From NCBI GenBank assembly GCA_945879785.1, contig CAMCVC010000001.1, forward strand, positions 1 through 62,617: a stretch of 62,617 nt of DNA. Direction: 5' to 3'. Each line of letters opens with the position of its first letter. Within the stretch, counting starts at the first letter, position 1. The stretch comes from Staphylococcus epidermidis. Its GTDB lineage: Bacteria; Bacillota_I; Bacilli_A; RFN20; CAG-826. This document shows positions 37,601 through 47,135 of the stretch, in pieces. Under the pieces are notes generated by a model. The model was not told the DNA's origin, did no database searches, and worked only from the letters and a program-made list of their open reading frames with translations. The translations under genes were made by a program, and so were the position numbers.

Positions 37601-38719
37601 TTAAACAACCCAGGTTACAGAAACCTTGTTCATTGCCGTATCGTATGCAGTGATTTCGCCAAGAGTTGCACCAGTAACGTTAGAACCATTTAAGATTAAC
37701 GCAACGGTCTTCGATCCAGTGGCTAAATCTTCATAAATGTCGTTATATGCTTCAACTGTAAAGTTATCAAAACCCCATGATTCTGCATCGGTTGGTAAAC
37801 CAACGCCATCATTGGAGGCGTCTAAGACCCAAACTTCACCACCTGGGAATTCGTCTGCGTAGTATTCTTCTAAGGCTTGGACAACAGAGGTTCCTAAACC
37901 CTTCATTGCTGAAGTGATCACGGTATCAGATAAGTCTGCACCGCCTGGACCTTGGTTGACGTCAACACCGATAACTTTATCAAGGCCTTGAGAATCTTTT
38001 TCAGCTTCTGACATAACGGAAAGACCAACAGCACCACCGGCAGCGAAGATGACTTGAACGCCAGCTTCATACATGGTTTCTGCGGTCGCGGCGTTTTCTG
38101 GAGTATCAGCAAAATCACCAGTATAGTGATATTGAATCGTCACGTCTGCGTTTGCAAAGGTAGCAGCAGCTTGTGCACCAAGCATGAAGCCAACACCAAA
38201 CTTCACAACGGCTGGAACTGCCATCCCACCCATAAATCCTAAGGAACGATAGCCATCAGCAACGGCAGCGTAACCAGCAAGGTAACCTGCTTGTTCTTCA
38301 GCGTAGAGAATGGAAAGAACATTGTCTTCTTGGCGGAATTCGGACCAGTCAGCACTGTGCGGAACACCATCCAATAAGATAAAGGACACATCTGGATGTT
38401 CATCTTGAGCTAAGAAAATTGGAGTTTCAAATAAGAAACCTGGAGTAACAACAACTTTTGCACCACCTTCAATGGCGAGATCAATTGTGTTTACATATTC
38501 AGTGTTGTCAACGGCAGTTGGTTTGTAGTATTGATAGGTTTTATTATTTTCTTCTGCGAAATCAACAACCCCTTCCCAAGCACCTTGGTTAAAGGACTTG
38601 TCATCAATATCACCTACGTCAGTGACAAGGGCGATTTCATACGTTGGCGCACCGCAAGAAGACAACACGAGTGACAATCCGGCAACAGCGAGCATGGCGA
38701 CTGTGGTAAATTTTTTCAT
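37601..38719 (-). CDS. BMP family (PnrA/Med-like) nucleoside-binding ABC lipoprotein
   Basis: Start at MKKFTTVAMLAVAGLSLVLSSCG (lipobox) with GGAGG SD. ALVTDVGDIDDKSFNQGAWEG is a typical BMP N-terminus. Confidence 0.85.
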   Translation of the reverse strand: MKKFTTVAMLAVAGLSLVLSSCGAPTYEIALVTDVGDIDDKSFNQGAWEGVVDFAEENNKTYQYYKPTAVDNTEYVNTIDLAIEGGAKVVVTPGFLFETPIFLAQDEHPDVSFILLDGVPHSADWSEFRQEDNVLSILYAEEQAGYLAGYAAVADGYRSLGFMGGMAVPAVVKFGVGFMLGAQAAATFANADVTIQYHYTGDFADTPENAATAETMYEAGVQVIFAAGGAVGLSVMSEAEKDSQGLDKVIGVDVNQGPGGADLSDTVITSAMKGLGTSVVQALEEYYADEFPGGEVWVLDASNDGVGLPTDAESWGFDNFTVEAYNDIYEDLATGSKTVALILNGSNVTGATLGEITAYDTAMNKVSVTWVV

Positions 38720-38888
38720 TTTTTTTCCTCCTTTAAATGAAATTACCAAGGCAAATGTTCTTAGAAACACACAGTTGAATTGACTCGCTTGTGTATCTCA
38801 TGAAGCATATGCCATCAGATTAATTTCATTATAGCCAAAGAGGGTATAAAGTTTACAAAGTTGAATTGTAAATTTTTTTCACTTAGTC

Positions 38889-38905
38889 TTTACATTTCTT
38901 TAACA
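38889..38905 (+). promoter_or_regulatory. Pho-box-like direct repeat upstream of phoP (TTTACA-N5-TTAACA)
   Basis: TTTACA at 38889 and TTAACA at 38900 show 11-bp periodicity, 75-90 nt upstream of the response-regulator ATG. TAAAAT and TAATAT lie downstream. Confidence 0.45.
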
Positions 38906-38979
38906 AGGATTTGTTAAAATGTTCTTAATATATAGGGGATAGCTTTTTCTATCAAACATAAAAAGCAAAGGAGACCCTC

Positions 38980-39660
38980 ATGTCAAAGAAGATTTTAGTG
39001 GTTGAAGATGAGTTATCTTTAGCTAAAATATTAAAATTTGACCTTGAAACAGCCGGTTTTGATGTAAAACTTGCCGTCAATGGGACTGAAGCCTATCGGT
39101 TGGTCCATAAAGAGTCTTTTGATTGTTTGGTGATTGATTGGATGTTACCCGTGATGAATGGCGTTGAATTAATCCAAAAGCTCAGAGCAGAGAAAAATAA
39201 GGCTCTTTTTGTCATGTTAACTGCAAAAACCTCAGAATTTGATGCGATTGAGGGACTTGGTGCAGGGGCAGATTTGTACTTAAAGAAGCCAATTTCGAAC
39301 CGCGAATTGATTGCCCAAATCAAAGCATTATTTGGTCACTTTAAAGAAGAGAAGGTTGAAGTCAGTGAATTTTTAAGTTTTGGTGACATCAAGATGGACC
39401 TTAAACAATACCGGGTCACGATCAAGCAAAAAGAAATAGAATTAACAAAAATGGAGTTTGATTTGCTTAAGTTCTTTATTATCAACAAAGAACAAGCGCT
39501 TTCTAGAGATACGATCTTAAATTCGATTTGGGGTTTCAATTATGATGGGACGACCAGAATCGTCGATGTCCATGTTTACAATCTAAAAAAGAAAATTGAA
39601 AACTCCTCATGTTTCTTTAAGCCAGTACGCGCGGTGGGATATTCTCTGTTTTTAAAGTAA
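38980..39660 (+). CDS. phoP: OmpR/PhoB-family response regulator (PhoP-like)
   Basis: 226 aa. Receiver domain has VVEDE and DWMLP (phospho-Asp). C-terminal winged helix. Positioned next to pstSCAB-phoU. Confidence 0.75.
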   Translation: MSKKILVVEDELSLAKILKFDLETAGFDVKLAVNGTEAYRLVHKESFDCLVIDWMLPVMNGVELIQKLRAEKNKALFVMLTAKTSEFDAIEGLGAGADLYLKKPISNRELIAQIKALFGHFKEEKVEVSEFLSFGDIKMDLKQYRVTIKQKEIELTKMEFDLLKFFIINKEQALSRDTILNSIWGFNYDGTTRIVDVHVYNLKKKIENSSCFFKPVRAVGYSLFLK

Positions 39661-39670
39661 AATAAATAGT

Positions 39671-40894
39671 ATGAAGCGTGCAAGGCTGATTTATCTTAGT
39701 TATCTAATTTTTGTGTTGTTGTTGTTATTGGGGATGGTGTGGTTTATTCCAGATCAACCCACCCTCATTACCTTTTGGATTGGCTTAAATATATTTGCCT
39801 TAAGTTACTTCTTCCCTAAGGTATTAAAGCTTCCAAAGATTGGTTTACCCATCCCAAGTGTTCGTGAGTCAAAAGAAGATGAGAACAAAATCATTAGTAC
39901 AATGTTTTCTCAACTCGATCAATATGTCTTGCTCATCAACAGCGAAGGCAAGATTATGGAAGCTACCAAGTTGTGGTATGAAGCCTTTGAATTTTCACCG
40001 AATCGTTCGCTTGTCTTAAATGATTTTCGAAAGAGTGCAAAATTATGGTCGACGATTAATCAAGGATTAGCAACGGAAAAAGGTGCTCAGTTTCGCTGGG
40101 AATTAGGCCAACGTATGTTTCAAGGTTCGTCGTTTCCATTGGTGATTGAAAAGACTTTTTATGGGTTGTTAGTCACTGCCATTGATATCACCAAGATTAG
40201 TCAACTAGAAACCATTCAAAGTGATTTTTTAGCGGACATCTCTCACGAAATCAAAACCCCACTCGCCGCCATTTTAGGGGCTTCGGAGATCCTTAATCAA
40301 AACGAACGCAAGTTAACCAAAGATGAAACCAAAGACTTTCAAGCAATGATTGTCAGTGAATCATCTCGATTACAACGATTGATTCACGAGTTAACGGATT
40401 TATCTAAAATTGGTGATCATGGTTTTCAAACCCTGATTAAATCGAAAACTTCTCTGAGAGAATTATTGAGTCAGGTTGAGGCTATTTATCAAATTCAACT
40501 CAAAGAAAAAGGGTTGACTGTTCAATACAACATTCCTAAAAATTTAGAAGTATTTGTCGATAGAGACAAGTTTTTTAGAATTTTTTCTAACTTATTATCG
40601 AATGCCATTCGCTACACGGACAAGGGTCAAATTCGTATCTCCGCAGAAGTGAAAAATCAAAACATCATTTTATATTTTTCAGACACCGGCCAAGGCATTG
40701 AACCACAAAATTTAGATCGTATCTTTGATCGGTTTTATCGAACGGATTCTGCAAGAACCCGCGTTGGTGGCGGCACTGGATTAGGCTTAGCAATCACCAG
40801 AGCAATTGTTCAAGCTCATCAAGGCACCATTGAAGTCACCAGCAAACTAGGCCAAGGAACCACCTTTACCATCACCATTCCTCACCTAACCTAA
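39671..40894 (+). CDS. phoR: Sensor histidine kinase (PhoR-like)
   Basis: 407 aa with 2 N-terminal TM helices. H-box SHEIKTPLAAI, N-box SNAIRYT and G-box GGTGLGLAI. Confidence 0.75.
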   Translation: MKRARLIYLSYLIFVLLLLLGMVWFIPDQPTLITFWIGLNIFALSYFFPKVLKLPKIGLPIPSVRESKEDENKIISTMFSQLDQYVLLINSEGKIMEATKLWYEAFEFSPNRSLVLNDFRKSAKLWSTINQGLATEKGAQFRWELGQRMFQGSSFPLVIEKTFYGLLVTAIDITKISQLETIQSDFLADISHEIKTPLAAILGASEILNQNERKLTKDETKDFQAMIVSESSRLQRLIHELTDLSKIGDHGFQTLIKSKTSLRELLSQVEAIYQIQLKEKGLTVQYNIPKNLEVFVDRDKFFRIFSNLLSNAIRYTDKGQIRISAEVKNQNIILYFSDTGQGIEPQNLDRIFDRFYRTDSARTRVGGGTGLGLAITRAIVQAHQGTIEVTSKLGQGTTFTITIPHLT

Positions 40895-40897
40895 TCC

Positions 40898-40950
40898 TTA
40901 TCAAATCTTTACGCAATCTTCATCAATCAACCAACTAAACCTTTTATATT
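40898..40950 (+). promoter_or_regulatory. Candidate Pho-regulated promoter of pstS
   Basis: TTATCA (40898), TTTACG (40908) and TTCATC (40919) are spaced 10-11 bp apart. TATATT (40945) follows as a possible -10. These are degenerate matches to TT(A/T/C)ACA. Confidence 0.35.
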
Positions 40951-40982
40951 GAATGCGTATGAATTCATTAGGAGGTAAATCA

Positions 40983-42080
40983 ATGAACATGCAATTAAAG
41001 AAAGGAACCATGTTAGCAACGTTTGCTTTTGTTTTAGCAGCTTGCGCAACACCAAGTTCCTCATCTGTTACTCCTTCGACTACGTCCCAGACACCAAGTT
41101 CCTCATCTGCTACTCCCTCGACTACGTCCCAGACACCAAGTTCCTCATCTGCTACTCCCTCGACTTCTCAAGCTCCTGCATTTAATCAAGCAAGTAGCAT
41201 TGTTGTCTATACGCGTGATACAACGTCAGGAACTCGCGATGGCTTTATGGGTGGTATTGGCTTTAGTACAGCAGCCAAAAATGACAACTTATTAACTGAT
41301 GGATATATCATTGCTGACAATACTTCGATTTTAACTGCGATGAGTGGATCAGATAAGTATGGCATAGGTTATGTTTCATTATCATCGGTCAACAACAACG
41401 TCAAAGGTTTAAAATTTAATAACATTGCAGCAACTGAAGACACTGTTTTGGACAGTACATATGGTTTAAAGCGTCCCTTTAACTGGATGTTGAGAGCGAA
41501 TGGTGATTTTCCTTCTACGAATGTTGAAAATATATCAAAAGCATTTGTAGCCTTTATGGCCACCATTGAAGGTGGAGAAACCATCACAGGTGCTGGAGCA
41601 GTAGCACTTGATTCTACACAACGTTGGGATACGATCAGTTCAAGTTATCCAATCTGTGCTCAAAACAATACTGCTGTGACTGTTCGATTTGGTGGATCTG
41701 ATTCAATTGAAAAAGTAGCAAAAGCACTTACGACCTCATTTAAGGCTCGTTGCGGAAACTTTGTTGCAGAACATGAACACACAGGTTCAGGTGACGCATA
41801 TAAACGTACCAATGATCCAGCAATCAAAGATACCGCTGTTGGTAAAGATGTTGGTTTTGCCTCAAGAGCATTCACGTCTGCTGAACAACTGGTAGGCGGG
41901 GTTGCTTTACCTTCAAATCAACTTGGCCAATTGGCATGGGATGCAATTGTTGCGATTGTCCACAAAGATAATCCTTTAGTGAATGTGAATGCGGATATTT
42001 TAAAGAGAATGTATGAAAAAGCTGCAACCTCACCAATTCGTACTTGGGCTGAAGCAATAACGGCATCTGCTGCTTTATAA
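40983..42080 (+). CDS. pstS: Phosphate ABC transporter substrate-binding lipoprotein
   Basis: Start at MNMQLKKGTMLATFAFVLAAC (lipobox) with GGAGG 7 nt upstream. Ser/Thr/Pro linker. SGTRDGF and FGGSDS are PBP-like. First gene of the pst operon. Confidence 0.85.
   Translation: MNMQLKKGTMLATFAFVLAACATPSSSSVTPSTTSQTPSSSSATPSTTSQTPSSSSATPSTSQAPAFNQASSIVVYTRDTTSGTRDGFMGGIGFSTAAKNDNLLTDGYIIADNTSILTAMSGSDKYGIGYVSLSSVNNNVKGLKFNNIAATEDTVLDSTYGLKRPFNWMLRANGDFPSTNVENISKAFVAFMATIEGGETITGAGAVALDSTQRWDTISSSYPICAQNNTAVTVRFGGSDSIEKVAKALTTSFKARCGNFVAEHEHTGSGDAYKRTNDPAIKDTAVGKDVGFASRAFTSAEQLVGGVALPSNQLGQLAWDAIVAIVHKDNPLVNVNADILKRMYEKAATSPIRTWAEAITASAAL
41049..41165 (+). repeat. 42-bp tandem repeat (about 2.8 copies) inside the pstS linker
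   Basis: Units start at 41049, 41091 and 41133 (ACACCAAGTTCCTCATCTGYTACTCCYTCGACTACGTCCCAG). They encode TPSSSS(V/A)TPSTTSQ. Confidence 0.9.
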
Positions 42081-42107
42081 TCTAACTGAATCATTACAAT
42101 TTAAGAC

Positions 42108-42143
42108 TTATACCGAGGGTATTCCCTCGGTATAATTTTATTT
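42108..42143 (+). terminator. Intrinsic terminator/attenuator hairpin between pstS and pstC
   Basis: 12-bp stem TTATACCGAGGG / CCCTCGGTATAA with loop TATT, followed by TTTTATTT. Confidence 0.7.
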
Positions 42144-42149
42144 AAAGAG

Positions 42150-43079
42150 ATGAAACAAACACAAGTTAAAAAACTCGTTGATAACCTTGTTGAAAAAACA
42201 TTGTTTTTAACTGCTTTAATTTCTGCTTCGTTCATTCTTCTTGTGGTTTTTGTCATTTTTGAGAGGGGCATCTCTCCTTTCATTTCAGATAACGACGGGT
42301 TAGGCCCAGTGAACTTATTAAGGTTTCTCACGGGCGTTGTTTATCTAGATGGTACAACCTTCGCCTCTAATGCATATGGGATTGGTTTCCTAATCATCAG
42401 CACGCTTTATATCGCATTTCTATCGCTTGCCATCGCTATGCCTGTGTCGATTTTTTCTGCTTTATTTATTGCAAAGATTGCTCCTTCCTGGTTAGCCAAA
42501 ACCCTGCGATCCGTGATTGAAATTTTAGCAGCCATTCCTTCAATTGTTTATGGTCTTTTTGGGGTGGGAATCGTACTTGATTTGGTTTATCAGTTTTCAC
42601 TTAATGTCGGGGTACAATCCGCTGCAGGGTTCTCTGTACTTTCTACGGTGATTGTTTTAGCAATCATGATTATTCCTACCATGACGGTCATAACCGAAGT
42701 TGCAATCCGCTCCGTACAAAAAGAATTAATTAATGGTTCGTTGGCATTAGGAGCGAGCACCACTCAAACGAATTTTAAAGTGGTTCTTGCTGCAGCAAAA
42801 TCTGGAATTTTTACTGCCGCCATCCTTGGGGTTGGTCGAGCACTTGGAGAAGCAACTGCGGTGAGTTTGGTAGCAGGATCAAGACGGTCGGGAATATCAT
42901 TTGAACTCTTTGATACAACATCAACCCTTACATCCACCATGTTATTGGGAATGAAAGAAACAGTTGGACTAGATTATACAATTCGTTTTTCCATTGGATT
43001 GGTTTTGATGGTGGTAATTTTAATCACCAATTTTGTGCTTAATTTCATCAAATCAAAAGTAGGACGCGTCAATGTTTAA
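42150..43079 (+). CDS. pstC: Phosphate ABC transporter permease PstC
   Basis: 309 aa with 6 TM helices. EAxxxLGA-type loop [20 protein letters not shown]. Confidence 0.85.
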   Translation: MKQTQVKKLVDNLVEKTLFLTALISASFILLVVFVIFERGISPFISDNDGLGPVNLLRFLTGVVYLDGTTFASNAYGIGFLIISTLYIAFLSLAIAMPVSIFSALFIAKIAPSWLAKTLRSVIEILAAIPSIVYGLFGVGIVLDLVYQFSLNVGVQSAAGFSVLSTVIVLAIMIIPTMTVITEVAIRSVQKELINGSLALGASTTQTNFKVVLAAAKSGIFTAAILGVGRALGEATAVSLVAGSRRSGISFELFDTTSTLTSTMLLGMKETVGLDYTIRFSIGLVLMVVILITNFVLNFIKSKVGRVNV

Positions 43080-44292
43080 TCGGTATTTAAGAAAGTTCAT
43101 CGATTGGATGTTGCAGACATTAACATTTTTATTTTCATCAGTTTCTTTTATTACTCTGGGTGCTATTTTTTTATTCGTCTTTAACCAAGGTTGGTCCTTG
43201 ATCAATATCGATCTTTTAATCTATCCATATGAATCGGAAACCATTCTTGCTGAACCCAATGACGATATTTCCTTTTGTGAATGTGAAGCAACGATTGATT
43301 TGAATGAAAATGTGTTTTACTCAATTAAATGGGGAATTGGTTTCATCGAAGATGAAGATATTCTCGGACAACCCTCGGTTCAACTTGCATATATTCACCC
43401 TGAATCACCTTTAAAAATCCTCCATAACAAGGGCATCCAAGATGATACGGTGACATTGTTACCTGAGTATTTGATTCAAAAAATTTCTTATAATGATCGT
43501 TCAGCTTCTTTCGCAAGACGGGGTGTTGAACGGATGGTCAATGAACTTAATTCTTCGAATTCGATTTATGAAATTGAAGTGATTACGCAAGGTGGTGGTA
43601 TTGGGGGGTCTGTGATCACCACCTTGTGGCTCATCGCATTAACACTCATTATCGCGATACCCATTGGAGTTGGTGCGGCACTTTATCTCAATGAGTTTGC
43701 CCCAAAAAGCCAAATCACAAAAGCAATACGGTCTTTCATTGAAACCTTAACCGGCGTCCCTTCCATTATTTTTGGTTTGTTAGGTGTGGCTATTTTTATT
43801 CCTCTTACAGTCGCCTTAACCGATGCTACCGGTGGCAATCTAATTTCCGGAGCTTTAACCCTATCGGTAATTTTACTGCCGGTTGTCATTCGCACCACGG
43901 AGGAGAGTTTAAAGGTTGTTCCTGATGAATTTCGCCAAGGGTCTTTGGCGTTAGGTGCATCTAGAACACAAACCACCTTTAAATTAATCGTTCCGAACGC
44001 ATTACCTGGTATTCTTGCTGCAATTCTTCTTGGTATTGGTAGAATTGTTGGGGAATCTGCCGCACTCATCTTTGCTATTGGCGCACTTGTCAAAGATGAC
44101 ATTACACTGACCGGTAAATCCACATCCTTAGCAGTTCATATTTACTCCATGATGACGGATGAACCGGCAAACATTGAACTTTCTTCCACCATCGCCATCA
44201 TCATTCTGGCCATCGTATTGGTCTTGAACCTATCGATCAAATTCATATCTTCAATACTTATGAAAGGTAAACTTGGAGGCATCACAACATGA
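43072..44292 (+). CDS. pstA: Phosphate ABC transporter permease PstA (with an extended extracytoplasmic loop)
   Basis: 406 aa. C-terminal core has [21 protein letters not shown]. About 135 extra residues lie between TM1 and TM2. Confidence 0.85.
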   Translation: MFNRYLRKFIDWMLQTLTFLFSSVSFITLGAIFLFVFNQGWSLINIDLLIYPYESETILAEPNDDISFCECEATIDLNENVFYSIKWGIGFIEDEDILGQPSVQLAYIHPESPLKILHNKGIQDDTVTLLPEYLIQKISYNDRSASFARRGVERMVNELNSSNSIYEIEVITQGGGIGGSVITTLWLIALTLIIAIPIGVGAALYLNEFAPKSQITKAIRSFIETLTGVPSIIFGLLGVAIFIPLTVALTDATGGNLISGALTLSVILLPVVIRTTEESLKVVPDEFRQGSLALGASRTQTTFKLIVPNALPGILAAILLGIGRIVGESAALIFAIGALVKDDITLTGKSTSLAVHIYSMMTDEPANIELSSTIAIIILAIVLVLNLSIKFISSILMKGKLGGITT

Positions 44293-45044
44293 CCATTAGC
44301 TTTGAAACCAAAAACTTGAATTTATTTTATGGGAAGAATCAAGCACTCAGGAATATCAATTTAAATATTCCGTCTAGAAGTGTCACCGCTTTAATTGGTC
44401 CTTCGGGTTGTGGAAAATCCACTTTCTTAAGAACGCTGAACCGCATGAATGACTTAATTCCAAATGTCACCATCCAAGGCGAAGTTAAGTTTGGCTCTTT
44501 AAACATTTATGACAAAAAAACGGATGTGATTGATATTCGCAAGCGAATCGGTATGGTGTTTCAAAAACCGAACCCATTTCCAATGACCATCTATGATAAC
44601 GTTGCATATGGACCGCGTTGCCAAAAAACTTATCGAAAAAAAGACCTCGATCGGGTTGTGATTGAAGCATTAAAACGAGCAGCGTTGTATGATGAAGTCA
44701 AAGATCGAATGAATAAATCTGCCCTTGAACTCTCTGGTGGTCAACAACAACGCTTATGTATTGCCCGTGCTTTGGCGATGGATCCTGAAGTATTGCTTAT
44801 GGATGAACCCACCTCTGCCTTAGATCCGATTGCGACTGCCAAAATTGAAGAACTGATTGTCGAGTTAAAGAAAAACTATACGATTGTGATTGTCACCCAC
44901 TCGATGCAACAAGCTGCTCGTATCTCTGATCAAACTGCCTTCTTCCTACTTGGAGATTTGATTGAGGTTGAAGAAACAAGAACGTTCTTTGCCACCCCCA
45001 AAGATCCGCGCTCAGAGAGTTATATCACCGGAAGGTTTGGATAG
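44289..45044 (+). CDS. pstB: Phosphate ABC transporter ATP-binding protein
   Basis: 251 aa. [24 protein letters not shown] and [13 protein letters not shown]-terminus ESYITGRFG is PstB-typical. Confidence 0.9.
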   Translation: MTISFETKNLNLFYGKNQALRNINLNIPSRSVTALIGPSGCGKSTFLRTLNRMNDLIPNVTIQGEVKFGSLNIYDKKTDVIDIRKRIGMVFQKPNPFPMTIYDNVAYGPRCQKTYRKKDLDRVVIEALKRAALYDEVKDRMNKSALELSGGQQQRLCIARALAMDPEVLLMDEPTSALDPIATAKIEELIVELKKNYTIVIVTHSMQQAARISDQTAFFLLGDLIEVEETRTFFATPKDPRSESYITGRFG

Positions 45045-45053
45045 GAGATCATC

Positions 45054-45695
45054 ATGACAACATTCATTGAAACCGAGTTAAGGGAAATTGAAAAGAATCT
45101 TAAAGAAATGATTCTGCTTGTTTTATCCATGCATGAAGAAGTCAAGGTCGCCTTGGAAAAAATGGATATGAAGGCTGCGCTGCAAATTGTGAAGCGAGAT
45201 GAACAAGTTAACAACCTGGACGAACTCATCAACGAATCGGTTCTTTCCTTTCTTGCCACCCAAGCACCCGTGGCAAAAGACTTACGGTCAGCCATCGCAC
45301 TGATTCGCGTGGCCAATGACGTGGAACGAATTGGGGATTACGCCAAAAGCATCGCCGAACTAATCATCTTAACGAAACCTCTTTATGAACCCTTTAAGAT
45401 TTATATCAACCCCATGTTTAATGACTTTATTAAAATGTTTAAGGCGGCAACCGATTTATTTTTTAAACCCGTCTTGGAAGAAACCTACTTGATTGCAAAT
45501 CAAGATCAATTCATCGATGCAAAATTAAAGACTGCATTCAATGAAATCCCCAAAGTGGTGGACACCAATAATGTCATGAGTTTATTGCATACCTTTAACG
45601 TGATTCGTACCTTGGAACGAGCGGGTGACCACACCAAGAATATTTGTGAGGCAGTCATCTTTAAACTAAAAGGGAAAAAAATTGATTTAGGATAA
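45054..45695 (+). CDS. phoU: Phosphate signalling complex protein PhoU
   Basis: 213 aa. Two PhoU repeats with ANDVERIGDYA and TLERAGDHTKNI. Confidence 0.9.
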   Translation: MTTFIETELREIEKNLKEMILLVLSMHEEVKVALEKMDMKAALQIVKRDEQVNNLDELINESVLSFLATQAPVAKDLRSAIALIRVANDVERIGDYAKSIAELIILTKPLYEPFKIYINPMFNDFIKMFKAATDLFFKPVLEETYLIANQDQFIDAKLKTAFNEIPKVVDTNNVMSLLHTFNVIRTLERAGDHTKNICEAVIFKLKGKKIDLG

Positions 45696-45721
45696 AATTT
45701 ACAATTCCAAAAAAAATCGAT

Positions 45722-45752
45722 AAAATACGACCATTCGCGGTCGTATTTTTAA
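45722..45752 (+). terminator. Rho-independent terminator of the pst-phoU operon
   Basis: 11-bp stem AAAATACGACC / GGTCGTATTTT with a 6-nt loop, running into a T tract. Confidence 0.8.
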
Positions 45753-45769
45753 TTCTTCTAGAATCGAGG

Positions 45770-45797
45770 TTTAAGTTTGAAACAATGTGCCTATAAT
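45770..45797 (+). promoter_or_regulatory. Candidate sigma-A promoter for the deoxynucleoside kinase gene (TTTAAG-16-TATAAT)
   Basis: Perfect TATAAT at 45792-45797 lies 25 nt upstream of the ATG. The SD is TAGGAG. Confidence 0.35.
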
Positions 45798-45822
45798 AGT
45801 AAAAGATTTATAGGAGATCAAT

Positions 45823-46446
45823 ATGCGTATAGGTATCTTAGGACCCATCGGTTCTGGCAAGTCGACCTTGGCAAAAATGCTGTCAGATTTTTATAAGTAT
45901 CCCCTGCTTGAAGAACCCGTCGAAAAGAATCCTTACTTACCTTATTTTTATGAAGACAAAGAAACCTTTGCCTTACTATCCCAAAATGCTTTTTATAGTG
46001 CGTTATTTTTACTCATGTGGAAGACCAAAGATTTTCCCCATGTGATTTGTGATTCCACACTTTATTCAAATCTCGTTTTTGCAGAAATGTTACGGTTAGA
46101 AGGGTTTATGACCGCGACCGAAGTTGCCTTAACGTATGCGATTGCCGACGCCCATCTGAAGCGATTACCTGACTTAGACATGCAAGTGATTTTGGTTAGA
46201 CCTAAAGACGAACTCTTCCGTTATGTTAGAAAAAGAGGACGGACGATTGAAAAAGGCCAGGAAGATTATTTAAACTTCCATTATGACAATTATTACGATG
46301 TGTTAAAAAGAATCTTTAAAAACTATAAAGTCCAAGCGAGTAAAGTCCTTTATCTAGAACTACAAGATATTCACGACCCCAAAGAATTTCAACGGGTGCG
46401 TTTGGCAATTGAAACTGCCCATCGCGTGGCGATAAAAACTAAATAA
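45823..46446 (+). CDS. Deoxynucleoside kinase (dAK/dGK family)
   Basis: 207 aa. P-loop ILGPIGSGKSTLA, EEPVEKNPYLPYFY and DSTLYSN are typical of the dNK family. Confidence 0.85.
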   Translation: MRIGILGPIGSGKSTLAKMLSDFYKYPLLEEPVEKNPYLPYFYEDKETFALLSQNAFYSALFLLMWKTKDFPHVICDSTLYSNLVFAEMLRLEGFMTATEVALTYAIADAHLKRLPDLDMQVILVRPKDELFRYVRKRGRTIEKGQEDYLNFHYDNYYDVLKRIFKNYKVQASKVLYLELQDIHDPKEFQRVRLAIETAHRVAIKTK

Positions 46447-46451
46447 ACAAT

Positions 46452-47096
46452 TTATTTCTTTTGATTTTCTGATTGTCTAAATTCCGCGACCAAGGACGCG
46501 ACCTTAGTTAAAAGAAGGTCGGTTGCTTTTGGATTGAAGGCACCTTCAGGGACGATGATATCGGCATGAACTTTCGATGGTTCCACATATAAATCATGCA
46601 TAGGTCTGACCGTTTTGCTATATTGCTCTTTGACACTGGCGAACGTTCTTCCGCGTTCTTCAATATCACGTTGAACGCGTCTAAGGACGCGGATATCTGC
46701 AGGGGTATCGACATAAATTTTAAAATCAAGCAGGGTTAATAAAGCAGGAATGGCAAAGGTTAAAATCCCTTCGACAATGATGACTGGGGTTGCCGGGGTT
46801 TCAATCGTTGCTTTGGCGCGTAGATGATTGACATAGTCATAGGTGGGTTGAAGAATGGTCTTGCCTTTTTTTAATGCTTTGACGTGTTGAATAATTAAAT
46901 CAACATCAAACGCATCAGGGTGGTCATAGTTGAGCAAGGCTCGTTTGTTTAAACTTAAATCGGTTCGATGCCGATAGTAATTATCAAGTCGCAAGATGAT
47001 CGCGTTATCTTTGCCAGAATCGGTGACAAGGATATCCGCGAGGGTTGTTTTACCCGAAGCGGTGCCACCTGCAATCCCGATCATGATCCGTTCCAT
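46452..47096 (-). CDS. udk: Uridine kinase
   Basis: IGIAGGTASGKTT, LDNYY, NYDHPDAFD, IVEGIL and RRVQRDIEERGR. Start is ambiguous among 47111, 47108, 47096 and 47084. I chose 47096 because a promoter-like -10 overlaps the first two ATGs. Confidence 0.85.
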   Translation of the reverse strand: MERIMIGIAGGTASGKTTLADILVTDSGKDNAIILRLDNYYRHRTDLSLNKRALLNYDHPDAFDVDLIIQHVKALKKGKTILQPTYDYVNHLRAKATIETPATPVIIVEGILTFAIPALLTLLDFKIYVDTPADIRVLRRVQRDIEERGRTFASVKEQYSKTVRPMHDLYVEPSKVHADIIVPEGAFNPKATDLLLTKVASLVAEFRQSENQKK

Positions 47097-47106
47097 ACTT
47101 CGTATC

Positions 47107-47135
47107 ATCATAAAGAAAAAAGGTCATCCTTTCAA
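47107..47135 (-). promoter_or_regulatory. Candidate sigma-A promoter for udk (TTGAAA-17-TATGAT)
   Basis: The minus strand reads TTGAAA GGATGACCTTTTTTCTT TATGAT. The -35 lies in the terminator loop and the -10 covers the first two in-frame ATGs of the udk ORF. Confidence 0.45.

Noticed and set aside
38720-38830. Purine riboswitch in the 5' leader of the nucleoside ABC operon
   Set aside because: The conserved three-way junction core sequences of guanine/adenine riboswitches are absent. Only a weak ACACA/TGTGT pairing is present.
43683-44123. 146-aa ORF antisense to pstA
   Set aside because: It lies entirely inside pstA on the opposite strand. It has no start context and no recognisable motif.
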